A stretch of DNA of 64,000 nucleotides from Hydrolagus colliei (lineage: Eukaryota): the NCBI GenBank assembly GCA_035084275.1, contig CM068778.1, forward strand, positions 1,426,001 through 1,490,000, given 5' to 3'. A program made the position numbers and the translations under genes. The notes beneath the pieces are model-generated. The model was not told where the DNA came from, did not search any database, and worked only from the letters and a program-made list of their open reading frames with translations. Positions 43,898-56,222 of the stretch are shown here, piece after piece (position 1 is the stretch's first letter; each line of letters opens with the position of its first letter).

Positions 43898-44456
43898 CCC
43901 TTCTCTAGCAGCACAGTAATATACCCCCTCCTGCGTTACGTTCCTGATGGAGATCTCCAGGGAGTTGTTCTTGTTTTCATTAGTCTGTGTAATGGTGTAG
44001 CCAGAACTAAAATCGTTCTCATTATTTGGGTTTGAGTAGCTGCTGTATCCGATCAATGTGAGGCCTCCCTGATGGGGTTGGATGTACCAGAGCATTTTAT
44101 TAAGGGCAGCATTATTGTGCTGACATGTCAAAGTCACAGTCTCTCCCTCTCTGGCTGTGACTGTCCCCGGCCTCTGAGTCACCAACTCTGCCAGTGACAG
44201 ACCTGCAAAGACAACATAACAATGTGATCTGACCGACAGGGAGGAAATTTGGGCCGAATGTTCTGGGTGGGGGGGGGGAGTGAGGGACGCTCGGGATGGT
44301 GCACACACTGTAAACGGGTTCATCTCTTACAGAGAAAATGGTATTACATTAATTCTCCTTGTATTTCAGTTCTTGCTGGCGATGGGGAGATACTGAGAGA
44401 TACTCACAGGGCCAAAGGATGGAGATCAGAGAGATAGTGAGAAAGGACAGACTCAT
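43898..44456 (-). CDS. TRBV: TCR beta V segment (R4)
   Basis: Leader 44408-44456, V exon 43898-44202. CACAGCG 43891-43897. Confidence 0.93.
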
Positions 44457-45097
44457 TGTTTGTAGAGACTTGTGATTAACCTTGATAACTTCACACCACA
44501 GATCAAGTTCTCTCCCTTGTTCACTCTCACGCACGCTTTCTGCTGTTCTCAGACAAGCAATTTAACCTTCTGAATGTCACTCTTCTCTTTCCGAATCGTG
44601 GTCCACCTCTATCTCACGCACACTCTCTGTCTCTAACGCAAACACACACTACCTCTCTATCTCTCTGTCCGTGGAATGAAGCTGCAACAGAATAAAGACA
44701 CCAATGAAACCAAACTATCAGCACTACAACGGAAGTGGGCCTTGCCCCCATTTCCCCCCCGCCACACACCTCGCGACCCAGTGTAACATTGGTGGGAAGT
44801 GTAGACGTGGGTGTGTGGTGATTGCTCTGTCAAGATACAGCCAATCCCAGGGTAAGGATTGGGATCAACGGGTCACAAAATTGGTCGCAGATTCACAGAG
44901 GAAACAGTGTGGAGAGTTGGAGAGACAAAACCAGGTCCACTCTGGCCCTCAAACTTTTTTCTGCCTTTCTCTCAATCGATTGTGTTCATGTGTATTTTTT
45001 TTACTGAGAGTGAGTCCAGGTGTTGATGGGGGAGGGCACTGGTTTGTATGTGTGTGTCTCTGTGTGTGTAAACTGAGCCGTTGTGTATCCTATGTGA

Positions 45098-45185
45098 GGT
45101 TTATGTATGAGAGATCTGTCTCTCTCTCTATATTCTGTTGCCAGAGGATGGAGACCAGAGAGAGAGTCAGAAAGTACTGGCTCAT
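45098..45185 (-). pseudogene. Collapsed V relic: leader fused to RSS spacer/nonamer (copy a)
   Basis: Nonamer plus 22 nt of spacer, 11-nt filler TATATTCTGTT, then leader remnant; heptamer, V exon and intron absent. Confidence 0.85.
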
Positions 45186-45758
45186 TCTTAGTAGATACGA
45201 TCACACAGGCTATTTCTCAATTTAAGTTTCTCTATACTCCCAATACCTCTTTCCCAATCGTTGCCTAACTCAGTCATTCACAATCGCTCTCTCACACACA
45301 CTCTCTCTCTGTCTGTGTGGAATGAAGCTCTGGCAGAGTTAAGGCACCAATCAAACCAAAGTATCACCACCACATCCGCCGCCACCTCAATGAGAAATTG
45401 GTAGGAGATGGAAATGCAGGGGAGGGGACACGCCTTAATGAAGCTACAGATACTCGCAGGAAACATTAGGTCCCAAATTAGTGAAAGATTCAGAGGAAAA
45501 CACAGATGGAACACTGTGGAGAGTTGGCGAGATGGGGCCATATCTACTCTGGTCCTGAACCTCTTTGTCTCTCCCATCTCTCAATCATCTGTGTTGATGT
45601 GTATTATGTTGCAGAGACTGAGTCCAGCTGCTGATGGGGGAAGGCTCTGGTATGTCTCTGTGTGTGTGTGTCTGTGTCAGTGTGTGTGTGGTAACTGAGA
45701 CGTTGTGTATCCTGTGTGAGGTTTATGTATGAGAGATCTGCCTCTCTCTCACGCTGTG

Positions 45759-46323
45759 CCCTTCTCTAGCAGCACAGTAATACACCCCCTCCTGCGTTAC
45801 GTTCCTGATGGAGATCTCCAGGGAGTTGTTCTTGTTGTCATTAATCTGTGTAATGGTGTAGCCAGAACTAAAATCTTTCTCATTATTTGGGTTTGAGAAG
45901 CTGCTATATCCGATCAATGTGAGGCCTCCCTGATGGGGTTGGAGGTACCAGAGCATTGTGTTCAGCAAACTATTGTCGTGGTGACATGTCAAAGTCACAG
46001 ACTCTCCCTCTCTGGCTGTGACTGTCCCCGGCCTCTGAGTCACCAACTCTGCCAGTGACAGACCTGCAAAGACAACGTAACAATGTGATCTGACCGACAG
46101 GGAGGGAATTTGGGCCGAATGTTCTGGGTGGGGGGGGGGGGTGTGTGTGAGGGACACTCGGGATGGTGCACACACTGTAAACGGGTTCATTTCTTACAGA
46201 GAAAATTGTATTACTTTAAATCTCCTTGTATTTTAGTTCTTGCTGGCGATGGGGAGATACTGAGAGATACTCACAGGGCCAAAGGATGGAGATCAGAGAG
46301 ATAGTGAGAAAGGACAGACTCAT
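45759..46323 (-). CDS. TRBV: TCR beta V segment (R5)
   Basis: Leader 46275-46323, V exon 45759-46063. CACAGCG 45752-45758. Confidence 0.93.
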
Positions 46324-46961
46324 TGTTTGCAGACTTGTGATTAACCTTGATAACTTCACACCACAGATCAAGTTCTCTCCTTTCTTCACTCTCACGCACG
46401 CTTTCTGCTGTTCTCAGACAAGCAATTTAACTTTCTGAATGTCGCTCCTCTCTTTCCGAATCGTGGTCCACCTCTACCTCACGCACACTCTCTGTCTCTA
46501 ACGCAAACACACACTACCTCTCTATCTCTCTGTCCGTGGAATGAAGCTGCAACAGAATAAAGGCACCAATGAAACCAAACTGTCAGCACTACAACGGAAG
46601 TTGGCCTTGCCCCCATTCCGCCCCCACCCCCCCACCCCGCGACCCAGTGTAACATTGGTGGGAAGTGTAGACGTGGGTGTGTGGTGATTGCTCTGTCAAG
46701 ATACAGCCAATCCCAGGTTATGGATTGGGATCAACGGGTCAGAAAATTGGTCGCAGATTCACAGAGGAAACAGTGTGGAGAGTTGGAGAGTCAGAACCCG
46801 GTCCTCTCTGGCCCTCAAACTTTTTTCTGCCTGTCTCTCAACCGCTTATGTTCATGTGTATTTTTTTACTGAGAGTGAGTCCAGGTGTTGATGGGAGAGG
46901 GCACTGGTTTGTATGTGTGTGTCTCTGTGTGTGTAAACTGAGCCATTGTGTACCTATGTGA

Positions 46962-47049
46962 GGTTTATGTATGCGAGATCTTTCTCTCTCTATATATTCT
47001 GTTGCCAGAGGATGGAGACCAGAGAGAGAGTCAGAAAGTACTGGCTCAT
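46962..47049 (-). pseudogene. Collapsed V relic (copy b)
   Basis: Same junction as 45098-45185, offset 1864 bp. Confidence 0.85.
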
Positions 47050-47622
47050 TATTAGTAGAAACGATCACACAGGCTATTTCTCAATTTAAGTTTCTCTATA
47101 CTCCCAATACCTCTTTCCCAATCGTTGTCTAACTCAGTAATTCACAATCGCTCTCTCACACACACTCTCTCTCTGTCTGTGTGGAATGAAGCTCTGGCAG
47201 AGTTAAGGCACCAATCAAACCAAAGTATCACCACCACATCCGCCGCCACCTCAATGAGAAATTGGTAGGAGATGGAAATGCAGGGGAGGGGACACGCCTT
47301 AATGAAGCTACAGATACTCGCAGGAAACATTAGGTCCCAAATTAGTGAAAGATTCAGAGGAAAACACAGATGGAACACTGTGGAGAGTTGGCGAGATGGG
47401 GCCATATCTACTCTGGTCCTCAACCTCTTTGTCTCTCCCATCTCTCAATCATCTGTGTTGATGTGTATTATGTTGCAGAGACTGAGTCCAGGTGCTGATG
47501 GGGGAAGGCTCTGGTATGGCTGTGTGTGTGTGAGTCTGTGTCAGTGTGTTTGTGGTAACTGAGACGTTGTGTATCCTGTGTGAGGTTTATGTACGAGAGA
47601 TCTGTCTCTCTCTCACGCTGTG

Positions 47623-48186
47623 CCCTTCTCTAGCAGCACAGTAATACACCCCCTCCTGCGTTACGTTTCTGATGGAGATCTCCAGGGAGTTGTTCTTGTT
47701 TTCATTAGTCTGTGTAATGGTGTAGCCAGAACTAAAATCGTTCTCATTATTTGGGTTTGAGTAGCTGCTATATCCGATCAATGTGAGGCCTCCCTGATGG
47801 GGTTGGATGTACCAGAGCATTGTATTAAGGGCAGCATTATTGTGCTGACATGTCAAAGTCACAGTCTCTCCCTCTCTGGCTGTGACTGTCCCCGGCCTCT
47901 GAGTCACCAACTCTGCCAGTGACAGACCTGCAAAGACAACGTAACAATGTGATCTGACCGACAGGGAGGAAATTTGGGCCGAATGTTCTGGGTGGGGGGG
48001 GGGGGCGGAGTGAGGGACGCTCGGGATGGTGCACACACTGTAAACGGGTTCATCTCTTACAGAGAAAATGGTATTACATTAAATCTCCTTGTATTTCAGT
48101 TCTTGCTGGCGATGGAGAGATACTGAGAGATACTCACAGGGCCAAAGGATGGAGATCAGAGAGATAGTGAGAAAGGACAGACTCAT
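47623..48186 (-). CDS. TRBV: TCR beta V segment (R6)
   Basis: Leader 48138-48186, V exon 47623-47927. CACAGCG 47616-47622. Confidence 0.93.
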
Positions 48187-48826
48187 TGTTTGTAGAGACT
48201 TGTGATTAACCTTGATAACTTCACACCACAGATCAAGTTCTCTCCCTTGTTCACTCTCACGCACGCTTTCTGCTGTTCTCAGACAAGCAATTTAACCTTC
48301 TGAATGTCGCTCCTCTCTTTCCGAATCGTGGTCCACCTCTATCTCACGCACACTCTCTGTCTCTAACGCAAACACACACTACCTCTCTATCTCTCTGTCC
48401 GTGGAATGAAGCTCCAACAGAATAAAGACACCAATGAAACCAAACTATCAGCACTACAACGGAAGTGGGCCTTTCCCCCATTTCCCCCCCCCCACACACC
48501 TCGCGACCCAGTGTAACATTGGTGGGAAGTGTAGACGTGGGTGTGTGGTGATTGCTCTGTCAAGATACAGCCAATCCCAGGGTATCGATTGGGATCAACG
48601 GGTCAGAAAATTGGTCGCAGATTCACAGAGGAAACAGTGTGGAGAGTTGGAGAGTCAGAACCAGGTCCACTCTGGCCCTCAAACTTTTTTCTGCCTGTCT
48701 CTCAATCGATTGTGTTCATGTGAATTTTTTTACTGAGAGTGAGTCCAGGTGTTGATGGGGGAGGGCATTGGTTTGTATGTGTGTGTCTCTGTGTGTGTAA
48801 ACTGAGCCGTTGTGTATCCTATGTGA

Positions 48827-48914
48827 GGTTTATGTATGAGAGATCTGTCTCTCTCTCTATATTCTGTTGCCAGAGGATGGAGACCAGAGAGAGAGTCAGA
48901 AAGTACTGGCTCAT
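48827..48914 (-). pseudogene. Collapsed V relic (copy c)
   Basis: Same junction again, offset 1865 bp. Confidence 0.85.
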
Positions 48915-49493
48915 TATTAGTAGATACGATCACACAGGCTATTTCTCAATTTAAGTTTCTCTATACTCCCAATCCATCTTTCCCAATCGTTGTGTAACTC
49001 AGTCATTCACAATCGCTCTCTCACGCACTCCCTCACTCTCTCTCTCTGTCTGTGTGGAATGAAGCTCTGGCAGAGTTAAGGCACCAATCAAACCAAAGTA
49101 TCACCACCACATCCGCCGCCACCTCAATGAGACATTGGTAGGAGATGGAAATGCAGGGGAGGGGACACGCCTAAATGAAGCTACAGATACTCGCAGGAAA
49201 CATTAGGTCACAAATTAGTGAAAGATTCAGAGGAAAACACAGATGGAACACTGTGGAGAGTTGGCGAGATGGGGCCATATCTACTCTGGTCCTCAACCTC
49301 TTTGTCTCTCCCGTCTCTCAATCATCTGTGTTGATGTGTATTATGTTGCAGTGACTGAGTCCAGCTGCTGATGGGGGAAGGCACTGGTATGTCTGTGTGT
49401 GTGTGTGTGTGTCAGTGTGTGTGTGGTAACTGAGACATTGTGTATCCTGTGTGAGGTTTATGTATGAGAGATCTGCCTCTCTCTCACGCTGTG

Positions 49494-50057
49494 CCCTTCT
49501 CTAGCAGCACAGTAATACACCCCCTCCTGCGTTACGTTCCTGATGGAGATCTCCAGGGAGTTGTTCTTGTTCTCATTAGTCTGTGTAATGGTGTAGCCAG
49601 AATTAAAATCTTTCTCATATTTTGACTTTGTGTAGCTGCTGTATCCGATCAATGTGAGGCCTCCCTGATGGGGTTGGAGGTACCAGAGCATTGTATCAAG
49701 GTTAGTATCTTCGTGGTGACATGTCAAAGTCACCGTCTCTCCCTCACTGGCTGTGACTGTCCCTGGCCTCTGAGTCACCAACTCTGCCAGTGACAGACCT
49801 GCAAAGACAACATAACAATGTGATCTGACCGACAAGGAGGGAATTTGGGCCGAATGTTCTGGGTGGGGGGGGGGGGGGGAGTGAGGGACGCTCGGGATGG
49901 TGCACACACTGTAAACGGGTTAATCTCTTACAGAGAAAATGGTATTACATTAATTCCCCTTGTATTTCAGTTCTTGCTGGCGATGGGGAGATACTGAGAG
50001 ATACTCACAGGGCCAAAGGATGGAGATCAGAGAGATAGTGAGAAAGGACAGACTCAT
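49494..50057 (-). CDS. TRBV: TCR beta V segment (R7)
   Basis: Leader 50009-50057, V exon 49494-49798. CACAGCG 49487-49493. Confidence 0.93.
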
Positions 50058-51230
50058 TGTTTGTAGAGACTTGTGATTAACCTTGATAACTTCACACCAC
50101 AGATCAAGTTCTCTCCCTTGTTCACTCTCACGCACGCTTTCTGTTGTTCTCTCACAAGCTATCCTTGCATTTAACTTTCTGAATGTCATTCCTCTCTATC
50201 CGAATTGTAGTCCACCTCTATCTCATGCACACTCTCTGTCTCTAACGCAAGCACACACTACCTCTCTGTCTCTGTGTCTGTGGAATGAAGCCCCAACAGT
50301 GTAAAGACACCAATGAAACCAAACTGTCAGCACTACAACGGAAGTTGGCCTTGCCCCCATTTCCCAACCCTCCCCCTCCTGACCCAGTGTGCCATTGGTG
50401 GGAGGTGTAGACGTGGGTGTGTGGGGATTGCTCAGTCAAGATACAGCCACTCGCAGGGTATCAATTGGGATCAAAGGGTCACAAAATTGGTCGCAGATTC
50501 ACAGACAGACAGACACAGAGGGAACAGTGTGGAAATTTAGCGAGACACATTCAGGTCTATTCTCACCCTCAAACTTTTTTCTGCCTGTCTCTGAATCGTT
50601 TGTTTTCATGTGTATTATTTTACTGAGACTGAGTCCAGGTTTTGATGGAGGATGGCACTCGTTTGTAAGTGTGTGTCTCTCTGTGTGTGGTAAACTGAGC
50701 CTCCCAATCCCACTCTTCCAATCGTTGTCTAACTAAGTCACTCACAATCGCTCTCTCACACCCACTCTCAATCTCTCTCTCTGTGTGTGGAATGAAGCTG
50801 TGGCAGAGTTAATGCACCATTCTAACCAAACTGTTGCCACCATATCCACCCCCACTTCAATGGGACTTTGGTAGGAGATGGATACCTGGTGCAGTGGACA
50901 TGCCTTATTGAATGGACAGACACTCCCAGTGCATGGACTTGGAATTTTAGGTCATACATTTGGTGAAATCTTCAGAGAGAGACATGGAGGGAACGGCGTG
51001 GAGAGTAGGCGACATGAAATTATGTCTACTCTGGTCATGAACCTCTTTTTCTCTCTTTCTTTCTCTTTCTCTCAATCGTCTATGTTGACATATGTTATCT
51101 TGCAGGCAATGAGTCCAGGTGGTGATGGGGGAAGGCAGTGGTTTCTATGTGTGTGTGTGTGGTAAACTGAGACATTATGTATCCTGTGTGAGGTTTATGT
51201 ACGAGAGATCTGCCTCTCTCTCACGCTGTG

Positions 51231-51755
51231 CCCTTCTCTAGCAGCACAGTAATACACCCCCTCCTGGGTAGTGTTCCTGATGGAGATCTCCAGGGAGGAA
51301 TCCTTGTTGTCATCAGTCTGTGTAATGGTGTAGCCACGTTTAAATTCTTCCTCATTTTGTGGGTTTGCGTATTTGCTATATCCGATCAATGTGAGGCCTC
51401 CCTGATGGGGTTGGATGTACCAGAGCATTGTAGAATGGGTTGTGTCGTTCTGGTAACATCTCAAAGTCACAGTCTCTCCCTCTCTGGCTGTGACTGTCCC
51501 CGGCCACTGAGTCACCAACTCTGTCAGTGACAGACCTGCAAAGACAATGAAACAATGTGATTCCACCGGTGGGGAATCTGGGCTCACACATACACACACA
51601 CACACACACAAAGTGGAATTGTTTTGGACAGAGAAAGTGATGGGATATAAAATCTCACTGGAGTTGGGAGCCTGAGGGGTATTTGAGGCTGTTGCGAGAT
51701 ACTCACAGGGCCAGAGGATGGAGATCAGAGAGACAGTGAGAAAGGACAGAATCAT
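51231..51755 (-). CDS. TRBV: TCR beta V segment (R8)
   Basis: Leader 51707-51755, V exon 51231-51535. CACAGCG 51224-51230. Confidence 0.93.
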
Positions 51756-52456
51756 TGTCGGCACAGACTTGACATTAACATCGGGATCTTCACACCAGAG
51801 ATCAAGTTCTCTCCCTTCTCATCCCTCATATATGTTCTCTATTCTTTTCTCTCACACACTAGTTTTCCATTGAACCTTCTCAGTATCACTCCCCACTATC
51901 TCAGCCGTTGTCGAACCCTATCTCACACACACTCTCTGTCTCTCACACAAACACACTATCTCTTTGTCTCCCTCTACCTCTGTGTCTGTGGAATGAAGCT
52001 CCAACAGTGTAAAGGCACCCAATGAAATCAAACTGTCAGCACTACAACGGAAGTGGGCCTTGCTCCCATCCCCCAACCCTCCCCCTCCTGACCCAGTGTG
52101 ACATTGGTGGGAGGTGTAGACGTAGAGGTGGGGAGATTGCTCAGTCAACTACAGCCTCTCCCAGGGTATGGATTGGGAACAATGGGTCACAAAATTGGTC
52201 GCAGATTCACAGTCAGACACAGAGGGAACGGCGAGGAGAGTTGGAGATACGGAGCCATGTCTACCCTGGCCCTGGATCTCGTTTTCTCTCCGTCTCTCAA
52301 TCATCTGTGTTCATGTGCATTATTTTTCAGAGACTGAGTCCAGGTGCTGATGGTGCAGTCCGCTGGTTTCTATATGTGCATGTCTGTCAATGTGTGATAA
52401 ACCGATACCCTGTGTGAGGTTTATGTATGAGAGATCTGTCTCTCTCTCACACTGTG

Positions 52457-53004
52457 CCCTTGTCTAGCAGCACAGTAATACACCCCCTCCTGGCCTGTGT
52501 TGCTGATGTTGATCTTCAGAGAGGATTCCTTTTTGTCACGAGTCTGTGTGATGGTGTAATTCTCAGTTTGAAAATCCGTTTCATAATTTGCTTTGGACAG
52601 TAAGGCATATCCTATCAACATGAGGCCTCCCTGGTGGGGTTGGAGGTACCAGAGCATCGTTTGAAGGGCTGATTCATTCTGGTAACATCCCAAAGTCACA
52701 GTCTCTCCCTCTTTGGCTGTGACTGTCCTCGGCCACTGAGTCACCAACTCTGCCAGTGACAGGCCTGCAAAGACAACGTAACAATGTGATTCTGCCGACA
52801 GGGAATCTGAGCTGAATCTCCCGGGGGAAGGGAATTCCCAGGGAAACTCACACACACAAAGCAAAGAACATCTCAGACACAGGGAGGGATATGATGTGAA
52901 ATCCCTGTGGGTTTGAGAGCTCCCGGGATATTGAATCATTTTGAGAGACACTCACAGGGCCAGAGGATGGAGACCAGAGAGAGAGTTAGAAACCACACAT
53001 TCAT
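52457..53004 (-). CDS. TRBV: TCR beta V segment (R9)
   Basis: Leader 52956-53004, V exon 52457-52764. CACAGTG 52450-52456. Confidence 0.93.
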
Positions 53005-53113
53005 TGTCAGTAGAGACGATCACACAGGCTATTTCTCCATTGAAGCTTCTCAATAATACTCCCAATCCCTCTCTCCAAATCGTTGTCTTACTCAGTCACT
53101 CACAATCGCTCTA

Positions 53114-53145
<32 letters not shown>

Positions 53146-53622
53146 TCTCTCTGTTGGTGTGGAATGAAGCTCTGGCAGAGTAAAAGCACCAATCAAACCA
53201 AACTGTCACCACCACATCCGCTCCCACATTAATGGGACATTGGTTGGAGGTGGAAACATGGGGGAAGGGACATGCCTTAGTGAAGCTACAGACACTCCCA
53301 GACCCACTGTTCATAGTTCATGGACTATGAACATTAGGTCACAAACTTGGTGAAGGATTCAGAGAGGGACATGGACAGAACAGCGTGGAGAGTAGGCCAC
53401 ATGAAACCATGTCTACTCTGGCCCTGAACCTCTTTTTCTCTCTTTCTGTCTGTGTCACGTCTGTGTTGACGTGTATTAATTTGCGAACACTGAGCCCAGG
53501 TGCTTATGTGGAACGCACTGGTTTGTTTGTGTGTCTGTGTGTGTGTGTGTGTGGTAAACTGAGACGTTGTATATCCTGTGTGAGGTTTATGTATGAGAGA
53601 TCTGCCTCTCTCTCACGCTGTG

Positions 53623-54113
53623 CCCTTCTCTAGCAGCACAGTAATACACCCCCTCCTGGGTAGTGTTTCTGATGGAGATCTCCAGGGAGGAATCCTTGTT
53701 GCCACCAATCTGTGTGATGGTGTGGCCAGTTTTAAATTCTTTCTCGTAACTTGGTGTTCCGTAATTGCTATATCCGATCAATGTGAGGCCTCCCTGATGG
53801 GGTTGGATGTACCAGAGCATCGTTTGATGCGTTGTCTCATTCTGGTAACATCTCAATGTCACAGTCTCTCCCTCTCTGGCTGTGACTGTCCCCGGCCACT
53901 GAGTCACCAACTCTGCCAGTGACAGACCTGCAAAGACAACATAACAATATGATCCCGCCGACAGGGCACACACAGGAAATGGGATTATCCTCTACAAACA
54001 AATTGGTATTGTATTCAATCTCGTTGTTTTTGAGTTCTTGCCGGCGATGTTCTGAGATACTCACAGGGCCAGAGGATGGAGATCAGAGAGACAGTGAGGA
54101 AGGACAGACGCAT
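53623..54113 (-). CDS. TRBV: TCR beta V segment (R10)
   Basis: Leader 54065-54113, V exon 53623-53927. CACAGCG 53616-53622. Confidence 0.93.
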
Positions 54114-54482
54114 TGTTCATCAGAGATCTGGATTAACATTGAGAACTTCACAGCTCAGTTCTGTTTCAATCTCTCTTGCTTTATCCTCGCACACATGCAC
54201 ACACTCTACCTCACACTCTTTTATTCATCTCTCACATGAATTTGTTCTCACTCCGACTCTCTCTTTCTCTTTGTGGATTGAAGCTTTGACACATGAATGA
54301 CACCAAACTATTTGAACTACATCACAAGCCCCACCCCCTCCCCACCCACCCTCGGGGGACAGTAGAATGAATCAACGAAGGCTCCCCTAGGGACCGTCTG
54401 GTAACTTACATGTGGCAAAATTGGTCCATTGCCCCAGGTTGGCTATTTACTTCTGGTTTCTAGTTTCTCATTTCCTGTTAGC

Positions 54483-55101
54483 ACTATTTCCAAGTTTGCA
54501 GATGATACAAAGTTAGGTAGGGTAGTAAATAGTGAGGAGGACTGTAACCAACTGCAAGCAGACACACACAGATTGGTGGAATGGGCTGACATGTGGCAGA
54601 TGTATTTTAATGTGGATATGTGTGAGGTGATACACTTAGATAGGAAAAATGATAGCCTGCTAGCGTTCATTTCGAAAGGTTTAGAGTCTAAGAGTGGGGA
54701 AGTCTTGCTGCAACTGTATAGGGCTTTGGTGAGACCGCACCTAGAGTATTGTGTGCAGGTTTGTTCTCCTTATTTAATAAAGGACATACTTGCCTTAGAG
54801 GGGATGCAGTGTACATTCACTAGGTTAGTTCCTGGGATGAGGGGACTGACCTATGAGGATAGGTTGAATAAACTAGGCCTGTATTCGCTAGAGTACAGAA
54901 GAATTAGGGGTTATTTTATTGAAACATATAAGATTCTTAAAGGGATGGATAAAGTAGACACTGAGGGACTGTTTCCCCTGGAAGGAGAATCTATAACCAG
55001 GGGTCACAGTGTTAAAATTAAGGATCAGCCTTTTAGAACAGAGTTGAGGAAACATTTCTTCACTCAGAGGGTAGTGAATTTATAATTCTTATGTTCTTAT
55101 G
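54483..55101 (+). mobile_element. CR1 LINE ORF2 3' fragment (internally deleted)
   Basis: ISKFADDTKLG...LVRPHLEYCVQ...FFTQRVVNL; TTCTTATG tail. Confidence 0.88.
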
Positions 55102-55880
55102 ATAGGAGGCAATATAGACTTGGTAGCTCAAACTTAAGGGGGGTGAATGTACAGAGAGATCTGGGTGTTCAAGTAAGCAAATCATTAAAGGTAGCAGAGC
55201 AAGTAGATAAGGCAGTAAAAAAGGCATTTGGTGTACTGAGCTTCATTAGTTGGGGCAAAGAGTATAAGAGTAGGGAGGTTATGGTTAATCTATACAAAAC
55301 ACTGGTTAGGCCTCAACTGGAGTACTGCGTCCAGTTCTGGGCACCTTACTTCAGGAAGGACATTAAGGCACTGGAAAGGGTGCAGAGGAGATTCACGAGA
55401 ATGTTACCAGGAATGGGGAACCTTAGCTATGAGGACAGACTGGAGACGTTAGGACTTTTCCCATTAAAACAGAGAAGGTTACGCGGGGACCTGATGGAGG
55501 TCTTCAAGATCATGAAAGGTTTCGACAGGCTAGATAGGGAAAAGCTGTTTCTGCTGGTAGGTGTGTCTGTGACCCGTGGTCACAGTATTAAGATATCTAC
55601 CAAAAGAAGCAGAGGGGAGGTTAGAAGAATTTTTTTTACTCAGCGAGTTGTTCGAATTTGGAATGATCTGCCTGAAAGGGTAGTGAGGTCCGATTCAATA
55701 GCAGCTTTTAAGAGAGAACTAGATAGGTATCTGGGGAAGACGGGTTTGCAGGGTTATGGGGAGAAAGCTGGTGATTGGGGTTAACGAAAGTGACTTGCTC
55801 AGTCAAAGAACCAGCACAGACTCGATGGGCCGAATGGCCTCCTTCTGTGCCGTAACATTCTATGCTTCTATGATTCTAAG
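55102..55880 (+). mobile_element. CR1 LINE 3' fragment
   Basis: QRDLGVQV...LVRPQLEYCVQFW...FFTQRVVRIWN plus 3' UTR and TTCTATG repeats. Confidence 0.88.
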
Positions 55881-56222
55881 TGACAGGTAGCCAACCAGTG
55901 ATCTTGTTGTATTTTATTGTCACGCTGTGTGTTATGTCATCGTGCAAATTGGCCGCTGTGCTTCATTGGAAAACACACATTGCAGTGAATCCCGTCAAGC
56001 GCTTTTAGATGTCCTCCCAAAGCGGGAGGTGCTTTGTTGAAGACGATGAGGTGCTGCAGTTCGATCAGTTGAGAGGAGACAAATTCCTCAAGGTGACAAT
56101 TGTTTGTTCAGCCGCTTGTGAGTAATAACCAGTGACTGAGCAGGTGGACTGTCTCCCTGGTGGGGGATGTTTGTGGCTTGAAATAGCGCGACAGCCTTCA
56201 GTGCTGATCTCTCTGCTTCACC

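Noticed and set aside
338-53922. Many short ORFs overlapping Vs and spacers on either strand
   Set aside because: They are shadow frames of V exons or microsatellite-rich spacer and recur only because the units are duplicated.
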